64,000 nt of DNA from Octopus vulgaris (GCA_951406725.2 OX597834.1:2294001-2358000), one strand, 5' to 3'. Numbered from the stretch's first letter, positions 39,492-53,376 are shown. Made by a program: numbers and translations. The notes: a model not told the origin generated them from the letters alone.

Positions 39492-41335
39492 CTGAAACAG
39501 GAAAATGATTCCAATTACGGTAAACAGAAAGGACAGAATGATGAATAATTTGTTTTTAACAGAGGAACTCGAAGTAGACAGAGCTATAATTAACAGCATG
39601 TAAGATAATGGATTCTTTTTGGATAGAAAATCTCAATGGCTGTTTTGTTAAACTTGAATAATTTCATGAATAATGGAGTTTCTAAATGTTTGTGATGTGC
39701 CACAGGCAGCCTTTGACTTTTCCTATTCAAAGGGATTTTTAACCCAAAATTTACACATTATTAGTTATAGCTTTATCTGCTTCCAGTTTAACTGTTCCAA
39801 AAAATAATTTGGCATTCTCTCAAAAGTTTATAAATTCCTAAGACATCAACAACAGACAATTCTCAATGGTAAGAATAAAAATTCTAAAACAGATGTAGAA
39901 ATTCAAAAGATTGCTTTGGTCCAGTGGTAGAATATCTGTCATAATTACATGAGATGTGAGTTCAAGTCCTACTAGCAACCTTTCACTTTTCTACTCAAGG
40001 GCTTTTTAAACTTAATATTTACATGCTGTTATCTACATCTTTATCTGCTTTCAGTTTCACCATTCCAAAACAGAATAATTTCACATTCTCTCAAAGTTTC
40101 TCAGTTCTTATAGCTTAACCCTTAACCAGTCATATCCAACCCAAACATTCTACGTGCTTTATTTTCAAACAGGACAGATCCGGTCTTTCACACCAACCCT
40201 ACAATGCCAATCTAAAAATAAACAACCATATCACCGAAATCTGAAAGCTACAAGAAAATGCATGATTAGTTGAAAACATCATCATCGTTTAGCGTCTGTT
40301 TTCCATGCTGGCATGGGTTGGATGGCTTGAACAGAGCTACCCTGGCTCCATGTCTGTTTTGGCATGATTTCTATGGCTGGATGCCCTTCCTAATGCCAAA
40401 CACTTTACAGAGTGCACTGGGTGCTTCCACTCAGCACCAGCCCCCACGGTAACCCTCTCTCTCTCTTGGAGAAGCACAAGCACCTACACACACAGTGTGT
40501 AACTTCCGCCTACCAAATTCAATCACAAAGCTTCGGTGGGCCCGGGGCTATAGCAGAAGACACTTGCCCAAAGTGTCACACGGTGGGACTGAACCCGAAA
40601 CCATGTAGCTAGGAAGCAAGCTCCCTAACCACACAGCCATGCCCAAATGCTAAAGGGTTAAACAGAATAATGTTTGATTTATGTTTTTGATAGGTTAATC
40701 AGTTGAACCCTCGACATTTGGTAGGGCCATTGGTGGTAGGAGGGAGGAAACAACCAAAAGGTATCAGTTACTGTAGTAGGAAACAATGTAGGAAACAGAA
40801 AGTTCTTCTCAAACGAGGGCTGAATTCTTGCAACCGAGAAGACCCCCACCCAGCTCCATCCCCAAGGCCAGTGGGTGGTGGTGGTGGTGGTGATGGGGTA
40901 TTACAGACAACTGAATCATTGCTCTCCCCACTACCCCCAAACTCCATTCTATGACTGATACTTATTGTATCAACTCAATAGAATGAGTCAACAATGTGGT
41001 TACTCGCCCTGCTAGAAACAGCAGCCACATTTCTCTTAAAAATCACACCTGAATGTGAATACATTTGATATTGTGGTCCCATGTTTTGTGTTTAAAAAAA
41101 GATAAACACTGGATGGTCCTGATAGGAATGTCGATGATTATAGGTCTGATGGATAAAGAGTGACCAGAGGCTGAACAGTATCAACATCAACAACTGCAAT
41201 AGTAATAATAACAAGAACGAGTCACCCCCCCCCCCCCCGACAACAACAACACCATCACCAGCAACAACGGCAACAATAACAACAACAGTGACGACAAGAA
41301 TAAGAATAAGAAGAAGCAGTAGAGCGCCGATTCAC

Positions 41336-41443
41336 CTTCGTGGTCTCGAATATTGACTCTGGCCCCAGCACTGAATAATTTGTTGAGAATCTGGAATCTT
41401 GTCTTTGTATCATATTTCTTGTTCATGCAGACATAGTGGAGGG
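41336..41443 (-). CDS. ASB-like protein, coding exon 5 (ALHYVC...LFSAGARVNIRDHEG)
   Basis: Ankyrin repeat with AG/GT boundaries, phase 1-1. Confidence 0.88.
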
Positions 41444-41475
41444 CTGGAAATAGAGGGGAGGGGCAGACGGGAATT

Positions 41476-41523
<48 letters not shown>

Positions 41524-41589
41524 AGCAGAGTATTTAGTGGTGGTCATCAAGGAAGTTGTCTTCAAGGTAATATACACATCAATACTGAA

Positions 41590-41900
41590 ATGATGATGAT
41601 GATGATGATGATGAAGGTAAGTAAGGTAATGTGGTGATGATGGTGATGATGATGAAATGGTGATGGTAGTGGTGATAATGATGATGGTGGAGGTGATGAC
41701 GATGACAATGATGGTGATGATGATTGTGGTGGTGGTGATGGTGGTGGTGGTGATAGTGATGATGATGATGAAATGAAGATGGTAGTAGTGATAATGATGA
41801 TAGAGGTGGTGGTGGTAGTGATGATGATGATAATGATGATGGTGATGATAGTGGTGGTGGTGATGGTAGTGATGATGATAGTGGTGGTGGTGGAGGTGGT
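41590..41900. repeat. (GAT/GGT)n trinucleotide low-complexity tract in an ASB intron
   Basis: Direct inspection. Confidence 0.9.
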
Positions 41901-41920
41901 CATGCTGATGGTTGGTTTAC

Positions 41921-42037
41921 CTGTGCAGCCGTTCTGGTCTCGAAGGTTTACCTGGCAGTTTGAGTCTAAGAGGTGAGTGACGATGTCGATGATATCGTAG
42001 TGGGTCACCAGGAAGGCAATCATGAGGGCAGTACAAC
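41921..42037 (-). CDS. ASB-like protein, coding exon 4 (GCTALMIA...LLDSNCQVNLRDQNGCT)
   Basis: Ankyrin repeat with AG/GT boundaries, phase 1-1. Confidence 0.9.
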
Positions 42038-42129
42038 CTGGAAAAGCAATAACAGAATGAAGGCCACAACATCAACAAGAAGAGACATTTGAATAAGGTT
42101 GGTATGGGAAGAGAGTTGTAGAGAATAAG

Positions 42130-42560
42130 AGATGAGATGGTCACAACCAGAACGGCTTTGATCAGGGCTGACTTGGGGCTAAACTGCAACAAAGAAGGAC
42201 AAATTAGAAAATGTAGTCCTAGATACATCATGACTGAATGAAAGAAGTGATGGTCACTGCTGGAACATCTTTGATTATAGGTCAGGTGGATCAGGTTTGA
42301 CCTGGGGCTAAACAAAACAAGGACACATTTAACGATGCAATCCAAGATACATTAAGCCTGAATAAAAGTCAGGATGGTCACAGCTGGAACATCAGTTGGA
42401 TCAAGGCTGACCTGGGGCCAAACGACATCAATGACAAAGGAGGCCACAAAAATAATGCAGTCCTAGATACATCTTGTCCGAGTAAAAGACAGGATGGTCA
42501 CAGCTGGAACATCTTTGATTATAGTTTTCTTGGCTGAGGCCTGACCTAGGGCTAAACATC
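42130..42560. repeat. Tandem array (about 4 x 120 bp) of an unclassified dispersed repeat
   Basis: Repeated GATGGTCACAGCTGGAACATC...GACCTGGGGCTAAAC...CCTAGATACAT. The same family occurs near 1850, 9180-9400, 13870, 33990-34280, 37895 and 41100. Confidence 0.7.
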
Positions 42561-42611
42561 AACAGTGTGACTTTCCTTCTGTTTTGTATTGGTCAAAGCA
42601 AGAATTCTTAC

Positions 42612-42779
42612 CGGCATTGTCCTGTTTATCAACTTTGCTACCCTTCTCAATCAGTTGCTTCACTATCTGTGCTGACTGACCACAACTGACCGCAAGGTGA
42701 AGAGGTGTCCGGCCAAATCTGTCCTGCTTGTTAACTGGTGCACCGAATGCCAAGAGTTTTTCAAATATTTGCTGAACAT
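42612..42779 (-). CDS. ASB-like protein, coding exon 3 (DVQQIFEKLLAFGAPVNKQDRFGRTPLHLAV...GSKVDKQDNAG)
   Basis: Canonical ankyrin GRTPLH with AG/GT boundaries, phase 1-1. Confidence 0.93.
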
Positions 42780-43873
42780 CTGGACATGAGAAAGAAAGAG
42801 TGAGAGAGTGTGAGTGAGGAAGAAAGAGAGAGAGAGAGAGAAAGCCCCTGAGTAACACATACCAACTTCTGGATCCCACAGACCTGTTGTGTCCTCTCTC
42901 TGCATGATATTACCCCTATTACAAAAGCCTCTGACTTCCCCACCAACGTTATTTGGGATACCCCATTTAAGGAAGCTGAGAGTCTATGACCAACAATAGC
43001 CACTTCACCCAATCCTTCCTCCCTTGCATGTTTACCCTCTGGAAACTATACTCAGTAAAGTCCAACTCCAGAACAAATCAAAACCAAAACATCTTGGAAC
43101 CAAACACAAATGGTGGACCTTGTGTTTTGGCAACAATGAAATTCTAGCCCTTCCATAATTGCCTCATTTGTGAGGAGTGACAGAAAGTAAAGAATAAGTG
43201 GGAACAGTTAGGGTTCACTGGACACTCACACAGCTGTGTTCTTCATCGATGGTATCGCTTAGGAAGTACCACTGATGTCTTAGAGATGGAATCTTGTTTA
43301 GCTTCAAAAACAAAGAATAAACAAAGTCTGAACACACACACACACACACACGGATTTATTCTAGAAGCTCATTTATATAATCTATAGTATTCAATATCAC
43401 GTACTTTCATGTTTGCAGACTAACAAGATTATCGGATCATAATCTTCCATCTATATATATAAGATATACACAAATACATATATTTAACTTATTCCTTGTG
43501 AGATTAAAAACCTGATGTAGAGCTCAATATATGTATGTTTTTGAATGAAGTATTGGCTAAGTATAGAGTAGTGAGAAGAAAGAGAGACGAGAAAAGAAGA
43601 AATGATTATCTTACCAACTTCATAAGATAGTCATTTATTCCACTGTCATCTCTTTCTTATATAACAATATACTATGTCCATTGTGTCTGGGAATCTTTCG
43701 TCACACACCTGTGACCTCTTCAGTGACTCTTCCATCCTATGTGTCTTACATACATACATATTACAGCTGTTTCTGCTATCAAGTGTATGTGTGTGTGAGT
43801 GTAAGTCTGTATGTGTTTGTGAGACTGCACATGTATGTCTAGAATAGAAAGTGCACAGCAGCACTCTACCCAC

Positions 43874-44075
43874 CGTCCCACACATCCTCCTCCTTCTCCG
43901 CCAGTTCCAGAACCAAATGGAGAATCGATGTCCTATGTTTCGTTGCATTCTCCAAGTCGATGCCTTTGTCAAGGATTCTGCAGACTTTTTGAAGATCAAA
44001 ATGGGAAACGGCTTCTTCGAGATCATTTTGCAAAGGGAACGACTTGTCATAGGTTTCGTATTCCAGCAGAGCATC
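43874..44075 (-). CDS. ASB-like protein, coding exon 2 (DALLEYETY...ILDKGIDLE...SILHLVLE...VWD)
   Basis: TTTTCCCAG acceptor and GTGGGT donor, phase 0-1. Degenerate ankyrin repeat. Confidence 0.85.
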
Positions 44076-44251
44076 CTGGGAAAAGGAGAAAACAGAACCA
44101 AAAAAAAAAACTGGTTTTAGGAAGATTTTACAGAAAACCAGTCCAAAATAATGCATTCAGGGATTTCATTTTCAGTTTTAAATCTCAATCTGCTTGGGGT
44201 GGGGGCAAGCCCAGCTCTTCCTTAGTTTGATGAAATAAAAGACCAAAACAT

Positions 44252-44282
<31 letters not shown>

Positions 44283-44432
44283 TGTGTCTGTGTGGTTAAG
44301 AAATTAATTACTCATTCACATGGTTTTGAGTTCAGTCCTATTGTGTGACACTTTGGGTAAGAGTCTTCCATCATAGCAGGCTGACCAAAATCTTGTGAGT
44401 GGATTTGGTACATGGAAACTGTAAGAAGCCTG

Positions 44433-44516
<84 letters not shown>

Positions 44517-44944
44517 TTGATAAATATATAGAGAGATCGATATATATATATATATGCATGTATCCATCCCAAGCTAGCATGGAATATAAATGAAGAGCCA
44601 GGGTATGCTCACAAATGACAAGGATTAGAACATAGATGTAATGGTAGAATAAGAAAGAGAAGGTCATAATATACGCGGTCAGGTGTTGCCAAGAAGGTGC
44701 AAGTAGGGAGTGGGGATTGCAGTGACAAGTGAAGAGATGTGGTTAGAGGACAAGAAAGGAGATTGAAAGACAATCATAGTTTATAAAAAGGGAAATGTGA
44801 GGAAGAGAAAGATGCTGTTTAGAAGAGGAGGAGTTTGGTTTCTTGGAGTCAAAAGATTGTTGTTCCAAGTGGGAGGGACACAACTCTTCTAGCACTCAGT
44901 TTTGCTGACGTGGGTGGGTCTTCTCTAGAACCTCATATCACCAA

Positions 44945-46470
44945 ACATTTCAGTCCATCATAATTTCCTCTGTGAGCCCCAATATCCTAAGATCAGTCTT
45001 CACCAATTCATCCCATGTCTTCCTGGGTCTCCCTCTTCCAAAGGTACCAGTCACTTTCTGTATACAGCTGTCTTCACTCATACACATCACATGTCCAAAC
45101 CAATGCATTCTCCTCTCCTGCATGCCACATTTAATCCCTATTATGCCCAACTTTTCTCTCAGCACAGTTGTGCTTTGTCAGTCATGTATACTGATGTTGT
45201 AAATCCAATGTAGCTTACTACCTTCCTTCCTTCCTCTCCAGCCTATGCATGTCCTCCGTAATCAAAGCCCCTGTTTCACTACCATGTAACATAGCCTTTC
45301 TCATGTAACCATCATACAATTTACCTTTCTCTCTGAGAGAGAGTCTTTTTGTTGCCAACGCAGGTAGTAGCTCTCTGAACTTCCTCCATCCAAGTCTTAT
45401 TCTAGAAACAATACTTTCAAAGCATCTACCACCATTACTAATTTGATGACCTAAATAGCAGAAACTATCTGCTGCCTCAAGAGAGCCTGCTGGGCATTTG
45501 AGAGTCTAAATACCCTCATGCTCTTAATGCTTATTGTTCCTGTGCATCTGCCACACAGGAAAGTAATCTTATCTCTTAACCTACCTACGATTCCACTGCA
45601 TCTATTATGCCTCCATACCTTACACAAATGGAATTACATCCCACTCCTTTCCTACATACTGAGCGGGGCCATTTACCTGACAGAAATAGTCTTATCCACT
45701 TTATTGTTAACAACAGTTTTAGTCTTTGCCAAGTTGACTTTAAGAGGTGGAGGCACATGGCCTAGTGGTTAGAGCAGTGGACTAGCAGTTGAGGGGTCAC
45801 AGGTTCAAATCTCAGACTGGGCAATGTGTGTGTTTATGAGCAAAACACCTAAGCTCCACATGGCTCTGGAAGAAGGTAATGGCGAACTTCTGCTGACTCT
45901 TTCGCCACAACTTTCTCTCACTCTTTCCTCCTGCACCTAGCAGCTCACCTGTGATGGACTGGTGTCTCATCCAGGAGGGGAACCTATATGCCAAGGAAAC
46001 TGGGAAACCGGCCCTTATGAGCCAGGCATGGCTTGAGATGTAACAACTTTAAGGCCATCTGATTCCAGGTTTTGAAGCAAAACCTGGAACTTCTCCAATT
46101 CTGCTTCAGATTCTGCAATAAGAGCAAGATCATCAGCATATAGCTCTTCCAATGGGCATCCAGTTTTGAATTCCTCTGTTATGGTCTGGAGAATTACGAT
46201 GAACAAGAATAGACTAAGAACTGATCCCTGGTTAACTCCAACTTGTACACTAAATTCATCACTGTATTCAAGGTTGTCTCTCACTTTACTGACAGCATCA
46301 CTGTACATGGCTTGTATGGCTCTAACAAACCACTCCTCTACACCCAGCTTCCTTAAAGACCACCCGATAAGAGAGCAGGGGACCCTGTTGAAAGCTTTCT
46401 CTGGGTCAACAGAGGTTAAGTACAATGGTTTATTTTTGACCAAATACTTTTCTCGTAACTGTTTCACCAG
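44945..46470 (-). mobile_element. Degenerate RTE LINE interrupted by a SINE
   Basis: QLREKYL...D.EKAF.RVP...GVNQGSVLS.FLF...LYADDLALIAES, then fragments ending WFGHV...GRGRPRKTW. Confidence 0.92.
45745..46045 (+). mobile_element. SINE family B nested in the RTE
   Basis: Homologous to 4001-4300. TSD ACTTTAAG at 45737-45744 and 46046-46053. Confidence 0.88.
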
Positions 46471-47904
46471 GAAAATGGCATGTATGTATGTGTGTGTGTG
46501 AGAGTGTGTGTGGTCTAGTGGTTAGGCTGTTGCTCTCACAATCGCTAGACTGTGGGTTCGATTCTCAATCTGGCCGACATGTTGTGTTCTTGAGCAAAAC
46601 ACTTCATTTCTCATTGCTTCAGTCCCTCTTTCAGTCAGGGGGGGGGGATGTTGGCCTGCTTGCCTAGTCAGCAGGGTGACATCATTTGAAGGCTAAAAAG
46701 ATGCAAAGCGCATTGTGATCAGCAATGTGTAACAATATCTGATAGGCTGGTTGGTCATGTGATCACATGACATACATACATATACACACATACATACATG
46801 CGTGTATGTGTGAGTGTATGTTTGTGTCTTCCTGGCACAACATTGTGAAACAGCTGTAAATGAGTGTCACTGTCTTACAAGCAGTGTCATTCATTTTCTA
46901 ATCTTCTGTGAGAACATTTTCTGGCCATAAGAAGACATCTGACTTTAGAAAATCCTGCAAGCATGGAAAAGTGGATGCTAAAATGGCTCAGTGGTTAGAA
47001 CGTCAGGCTTACAATCATGAGGTTGTGAGTTCAAAATGCTGGACTGAGCTGTATGTTGTGTGCTTGAGCAAGACACTTCATTTCATGTTGCTCCAGTTCA
47101 CTCAGCTGTAGAAATGAGTTGTGGGGACATTGGTGCCACGCTGTATCGACCCCTTTGCCTTTCACTTGGACAACATCAGTGGCATGGAGAGGGGAGGCTG
47201 GCATGTATGGGCAACTGATGGTCTTCCATAAATAACCTTGCCTGGATTTGAGCCTCGGAGGGGAGCTTTCTAGGTGCAATCCCATGGTCATTCATGACCG
47301 AAGGGGGAACTTTAAGTCAAAGGCCATCCAAGGGATTTGAACCCATATTTCCTGTAAGTATAATAGCTTTTGAGATTTTTTATTCAAAAAGGTTTTGTGA
47401 CCCAATAGTTACACTGTTGCTTATAGCTTTTTATGTACTTTGAAAACCAATTACCCCCCACCCCAAACCAAACATTGTGTAATAGCAGGCGTGGCTGTGT
47501 GGTAAGAAGCCTGCTTCCCAACCACATGGTTCTGGGTTCAGTCCCACTGTGTGGCACCTTGGGCAAATGTCTTCTGCTATAGCCTCACAGCGACCAAAGC
47601 CTTGTAAGTGGATTTGGTAGACGGAAACTGAAAGAAGCCCATTGTATATATATATATATATATATGTATGTATTTGTATATATATGTGAGTGTGTGTCTT
47701 TGTGTCTGTGTTTGTCACCCGACCACTGCTGGACAAATGGTGTTAGTGTGATTACATCTCCATAACTTAGTGGTTCAGCAAAACAGACTGATAGAATAAG
47801 TACCAAGCTTAAAGAATAAGTGCAAGGGTTGTTTTGTTTGACCGAAATCCTTCAAGGTGGGGCTCCAGCATGGTCGCAGTCAAGCAACTGAGACAAGTAA
47901 AAGA

Positions 47905-48620
47905 ATATTGGTCAGAGTGGTGCCAATGCCTCTGAAGAGAATCCAATAAGATTCCAAAATCGATTCAGGTTCTTCACATTGGGTATGGACAGCCATGCTA
48001 CATGGTAGGAGGACTTGGGCTGTGACTGCAGAGGACATGTGAAAGCCTGAAAGAAATGAAGCGAGGATGAGCTCTGCTCCATGTGCAACGTCAGTGTGCA
48101 TGTGCAACAGAGCATAAGTGTTTTAGGAGAAATATTGGGTGTAAGTGGCATCAGATGTGGTGTGCAAGAGAGAAGACTGCACTGGTATGGTCGTATGATG
48201 TGTATGGACGAGGACAATTGCAGAAAGAAGTGTTGATCTGTGATTGTGGAGGGAACCTGTGGAAGAGGTAGATCTAGGAAGATGTGGGACGAGGCAGTGA
48301 AATATGATGTTCAGTTGTTGGTCGTCATGGAGATGACAAGGGAGGGAGGCTTCTGGTGGTTTGTTGTGCTTGAAGAGGCACATCAGGCTAAGTGAACTGC
48401 GGTCCGTTGCCAGTGCTGGTGACACATAAAAGGCACCCACGCTGGTGCCACGTATTAAGCACTCTGTAAAATGGCTGGCATTAGGAAGGTCATCGCAGCC
48501 ATAGAATCCAAGCCAAAACAGATTACTGGAGCCTGGTGCAGCTCTCCAGCCATGTCAGTCCCAGTCAAACTGACTAACCCAGGCCAGCACGGAAAATGGA
48601 CATATGATGATGAAGATGAT
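47905..48620 (+). mobile_element. 5'-truncated RTE LINE (C-terminal fragment plus 3' tail)
   Basis: Homologous to 21570-22400 in the opposite orientation, with a GAT-repeat end. Confidence 0.85.
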
Positions 48621-48832
48621 TGTAGCTCAAAATAGGGAGTTCTAAGCAGCTGACAACTGAGGAGGGGTCAGACTCCTTTCAGTATTTAGTCCCGTACTTG
48701 TCTCTCATTATGTGTTTACATATTTTTCACTCGTTGGGGACATCCTGCTCTTATTATTTGGTAATTGGCCCTGTACTTATCACTCAGCTCTCTACATAAT
48801 TTTTACTCGTTGGTGATGTCCTGTACTTGATG

Positions 48833-48912
<80 letters not shown>

Positions 48913-50176
48913 CCACATACATATCTATTTATTTGTCTCAGTTTATGTCCCTTTCTCTCTCTCTCTCCATATCTATCTCTATATTGCACATGGGCTTCAA
49001 ATGCTGACCCTCACAGGGGAAACGACTAGCGACCATGACATTTGGCGATTTGCCATGCTTGCAAAGACCAGTTAAGTCAAGTGAAATCATGGTTGTGGCT
49101 GTTGTCGGTGTCACGTAGCAAGCACTTGCGCTGGCGGCTTGTAAAAAGTACGTTTTGTGTGTTGGGCCAGACGGAGGCAATGTGGTCAATGCTGGTGTTG
49201 TGGAACCGGCACCCATTACACTCTTGGAGTAGTTGGCATTAGGAAGGGCATCCAGTTATAGAAACTCTGCCAAATCTGGAATCTGGTGTAGCCCCTAGGC
49301 TTGCCAACCCTCATCAAACCGTCCAACTCATGCCAGCATGGACAACGGACGTTAAATGATTATGATGGTGATGATGATGATGTGTGTGTGTAATTCTCGA
49401 GGATGTTGTTCCAAACTCTGAAAAATGGTAAGCACTGTCCCCACATGCCATTCCTCAAACATTCGTGCCAGGGGTCAATACAGTAATAACTGCTCGCTAC
49501 CCACAAAATAATGACGTAACATGATCCAAGTTTGCTGCTCAGTCTTTCAAATTCTTCAACCAAACAATCGAGTGGATCCAGCCATTTCGTGGATTCCACC
49601 GACTGAAGATGGTGCCTCGTAGACTGAAAACCAAAACCTTGGAAGCCAGGATATACACAGAGACGCCGCGAAAACGGTGCATCTTGCGCCGAGTCGGCAC
49701 ATTACACACACACACAAACATATATATGTGCATTTAAATATGGTGTAGATGTTTTGCAGTGGGTTAATCTTGATCAAGTTGATCCATGATCAAAGACGTT
49801 CCTGCCGTAGCCATCACCTCTAATTTCATGTAAAGCACTACATTTTCAAACGTGTTTTTTTATGAGGGGTTCAACGGAGGTCAATTTGACTGTTATGTCT
49901 AGCAGGCAGAACAATTGTGTACAGACGCGATAGCAAACAGGGATATGATGTATAATATATACAGCGTACGTAACCATACAGTGTATATATATATAGAGAG
50001 AGAGATAAAGACAGATTGGTATATTATTATATATAATGTAAATAAACAAACGGTTTTATATTTAGAATCAGGTCAAATGTGGAACTGGCATTTCCTTTAA
50101 AGGAATGCATTAAGGGAGAGATTAACACAAGTATTGTATTAGTTCATGATGTGTATCCAGGGTGTATATATCTTAC

Positions 50177-50212
50177 CTCGATCTCTTCATGAAGATCTCT
50201 ATAAGATAACAT
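50177..50212 (-). CDS. ASB-like protein, first coding exon (MLSYRDLHEEIE); the exon starts at 50231
   Basis: TTTTTATAG acceptor, ATG at 50212 and GAG/GTAAGA donor in phase 0 matching the next exon. The six exons total 1086 nt = 361 aa plus stop. Confidence 0.75.
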
Positions 50213-50672
50213 CGCCAGCGAGAGGGAAATTCTATAAAAATATTGAAAACAGACAAATGGAGGAAAACACCGGACTAGAGAGTTAGAGAGAAGAGTCAAT
50301 GAGAGTTACTTCCCTTGCTACATAAACTGTTTCGGTGCGTTCGTGTGTGCGAATGTATGTGGGTTCGATACCTGGCGGCGTCTTTTGCCCTTCAGCGAGA
50401 CACTTTATTTCACATTGCACGGCAAAAATGAGTTGTACTTGTATTTCAAAGGGGCCAGTCTTGTCCCACTCTGTGTCGTGCTGAATGTCCTTGAGAACTA
50501 CGTTAAGGGGTTATGCATGTCTGTGGAGTACTCGGACAATTGCAAGTTAATTTCACGAGCAGACTCTTGCGTCGAACTGGAACCCCGACGGAGTGCCTGT
50601 GTGTGTATGTGTAAGGATGAGTGTGTGTGTGAATGCGCGCGCAAATGTGTATGTATATATACATGTACAATG

Positions 50673-50714
<42 letters not shown>

Positions 50715-50745
50715 CATGTACAATGTACACACACACACACACATA

Positions 50746-50801
<56 letters not shown>

Positions 50802-50817
50802 CATACATGTACAATGT

Positions 50818-50854
<37 letters not shown>

Positions 50855-51698
50855 CATACGCGTATATATATATATATATATATACCTATACATACACGTG
50901 TATATATATGTATATACGTATATAAATGTACGTGTGTGTGTGTGCTGACACGTCTTCGCAGTCTTCACAGCCCCACCGAGATCCTCTGAGAATGTTCCAT
51001 TGAAACTGTTCCATGTGGATTCCTGCTGGAGAGAAATGGGGTGGAGGTGGGGAAGGGAGTTCCGGAGGGATGACATTTTGGGGAGGAAAGACTGGGTGTA
51101 GCGATTGGTGCAGGAGTCCGGGCGGAGGTGGTGTGAGGAAGGACGTTGGACACAGCATGAGTGATGGGAGGAGAGGGAGAGACACGCAGTCGTGAGTGGT
51201 CGGGTGGGAGAGGGTGTGGAGCCCTGCCAGCATCTGAGGAGTGGAGGCCGTTGTAGTAGCAGTGGAAAAAGCTGCGAGAGGAGACACAGCATATCAGCAG
51301 CAGCAGTGGCCGCCACAGCAGAAACCGTAGCAGCAGCGCCTCAGTCCCAGTTGTGGACGTTATGTTTCCATTGAGGCACTCAACTGAACTCTGTAGAGGC
51401 TGAAGTATTTTCTGGTTCCGAAGAGAAGGGCCAATATTTTGGGATGTGGCCTTCTATGTATTTAGAGATCCTCGGTGAATTGTGAAATCTAGCATTTTTA
51501 GCGACGGTGAGGGATGTAACTGAAAACTGCGCATGTTTAAATTTGGATAGTTTTTTTTTTCAACGGAACATTGTGGTGGAGTCTGTTATCTACCTTCTTG
51601 ATGTCGAAGTATATGACATTTATGTTAGAACCCCTTCTCTTCCCCGAAATATAAACGCTTATTAAACTGGTATAGAGACTATATTAATCAATCAATCA

Positions 51699-51788
<90 letters not shown>

Positions 51789-51949
51789 TCATTGCGATTT
51801 AAGAAGATGTTGCTGTCTAGGAAGTCATTTATTTTCCATCTTCCCAGCCTCTCAAATACTTAAATGGTTTGAGAAATCAATGACATCGATACGTAATTTC
51901 TCGTTTTGAAAACTGGGATGAAAGGCTGAATCGACAGTAAAGTCTGTGC

Positions 51950-52740
51950 TTTTAGTTCTTTCTCGGTTGCTCCATTCTATTCCGTCTCGGACCAAATTCC
52001 TTAACTAAATCGCTTCCCATTGTCGTGAAAGCCTTACCAGTGGTCCTTTATTGATCTCTTGAACACCACTCGCCAACTGCACGGGTCCATCTGTTGTCTG
52101 TGAACCTTGCAGCATGTCCGGCCCAACGGAACTTTTATGCTTTTCGTATTCTACGGTCACGTCGAACACTCCGTCCTCACATCACTTCATTTTGGATATG
52201 TTCTGGCAGCGATACTCCGAGTATGGATCTTTCCATGGTCCTTGGTGTTGTAGCCACTCGATGTCCTTTTCCCTTCTTCGTAGAGCTCAGTGAGAAAGGT
52301 GCTTTGCCAATCGCCTTTCCTTCTTCTCCAGATTTCAGTGTCCATGTTTCGGCGCATGCTCACTGTGTGCCCCAATTATACAAACTCCTCTGCCTCCTCA
52401 GTTTCATTGCTTCCAACCTTTATTCGGCCTTGTGCTACGTCTTTGAACCGCACGTATTTTGTTTTCGCGCAGTTCATTTTAAGGTCTACTGTTGAACTAT
52501 GAGTGTCCGGCTCTGTCGTAAGATGGTCTGCAGCTGATCTGTAATATGGGCAATAAGTACGATGCCATCTGCTAATCAGAGGTGTGTCAGAAGCTCGCCG
52601 TTGATGTTCGTGCCACCTTCCCAGTCAATGTCTGTGCTGAACATTTCTAGACATGGATGAAGAGCTTTGAAGGTCTGACGCCCTTTCTAAGTGGAACTTT
52701 TAAGACTGGTGATACCACACCTGTATCAGTGGAGTATCTT
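51950..52740 (-). mobile_element. Degenerate RTE-1-like LINE fragment
   Basis: Minus-strand DWEGGTNINGELLTHL*LADGIVLIA (decayed FADDIVL) and downstream RTE C-terminal remnants. Confidence 0.7.
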
Positions 52741-53002
52741 CTTAAGACTGGTGATACCAGACTTTACTGTCGATTCAAGCAAACAATTTGCCGACATTAA
52801 CTTTTTTAAGCAATCTAAGGAGAGAATTGCTGAACGCAGGTGAGGATGATATACTTTATCCCGGCCTTTCATCCCAGTTTTCAAAACGAGAAATTACGTA
52901 TCGATGTCATTGATTTCTCAAACCATTCAAGTATTTGAGAGGCTGGGAAGAACTTGTAGAATTCTGAGTCTCGTAGAATTCCATTTTCTCTCCCTCTCTC
53001 TT

Positions 53003-53126
<124 letters not shown>

Positions 53127-53250
53127 ACACTCGCATACATTTCTATGTAATACATCAAGACGGACTCTTCTGTAATCTCCCAACAAATATCAAATATTAA
53201 TGAAGTTATTAACTAAAATTATTCTGCTGGAGGAGGCTTACACACGCATA

Positions 53251-53335
<85 letters not shown>

Positions 53336-53376
53336 ATGTATGTATGTATAAACGTATGTGTGATATGTATATATGG

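Noticed and set aside
39913-39980. tRNA-like sequence in an ASB intron
   Set aside because: A- and B-box remnants only, and the stems do not pair. Probably a decayed SINE head or tRNA pseudogene.
41300-41335. Read-through GESALYC as a further ankyrin start
   Set aside because: It runs into a simple repeat, and the GTGAAT donor at 41335 joins the last exon in phase.
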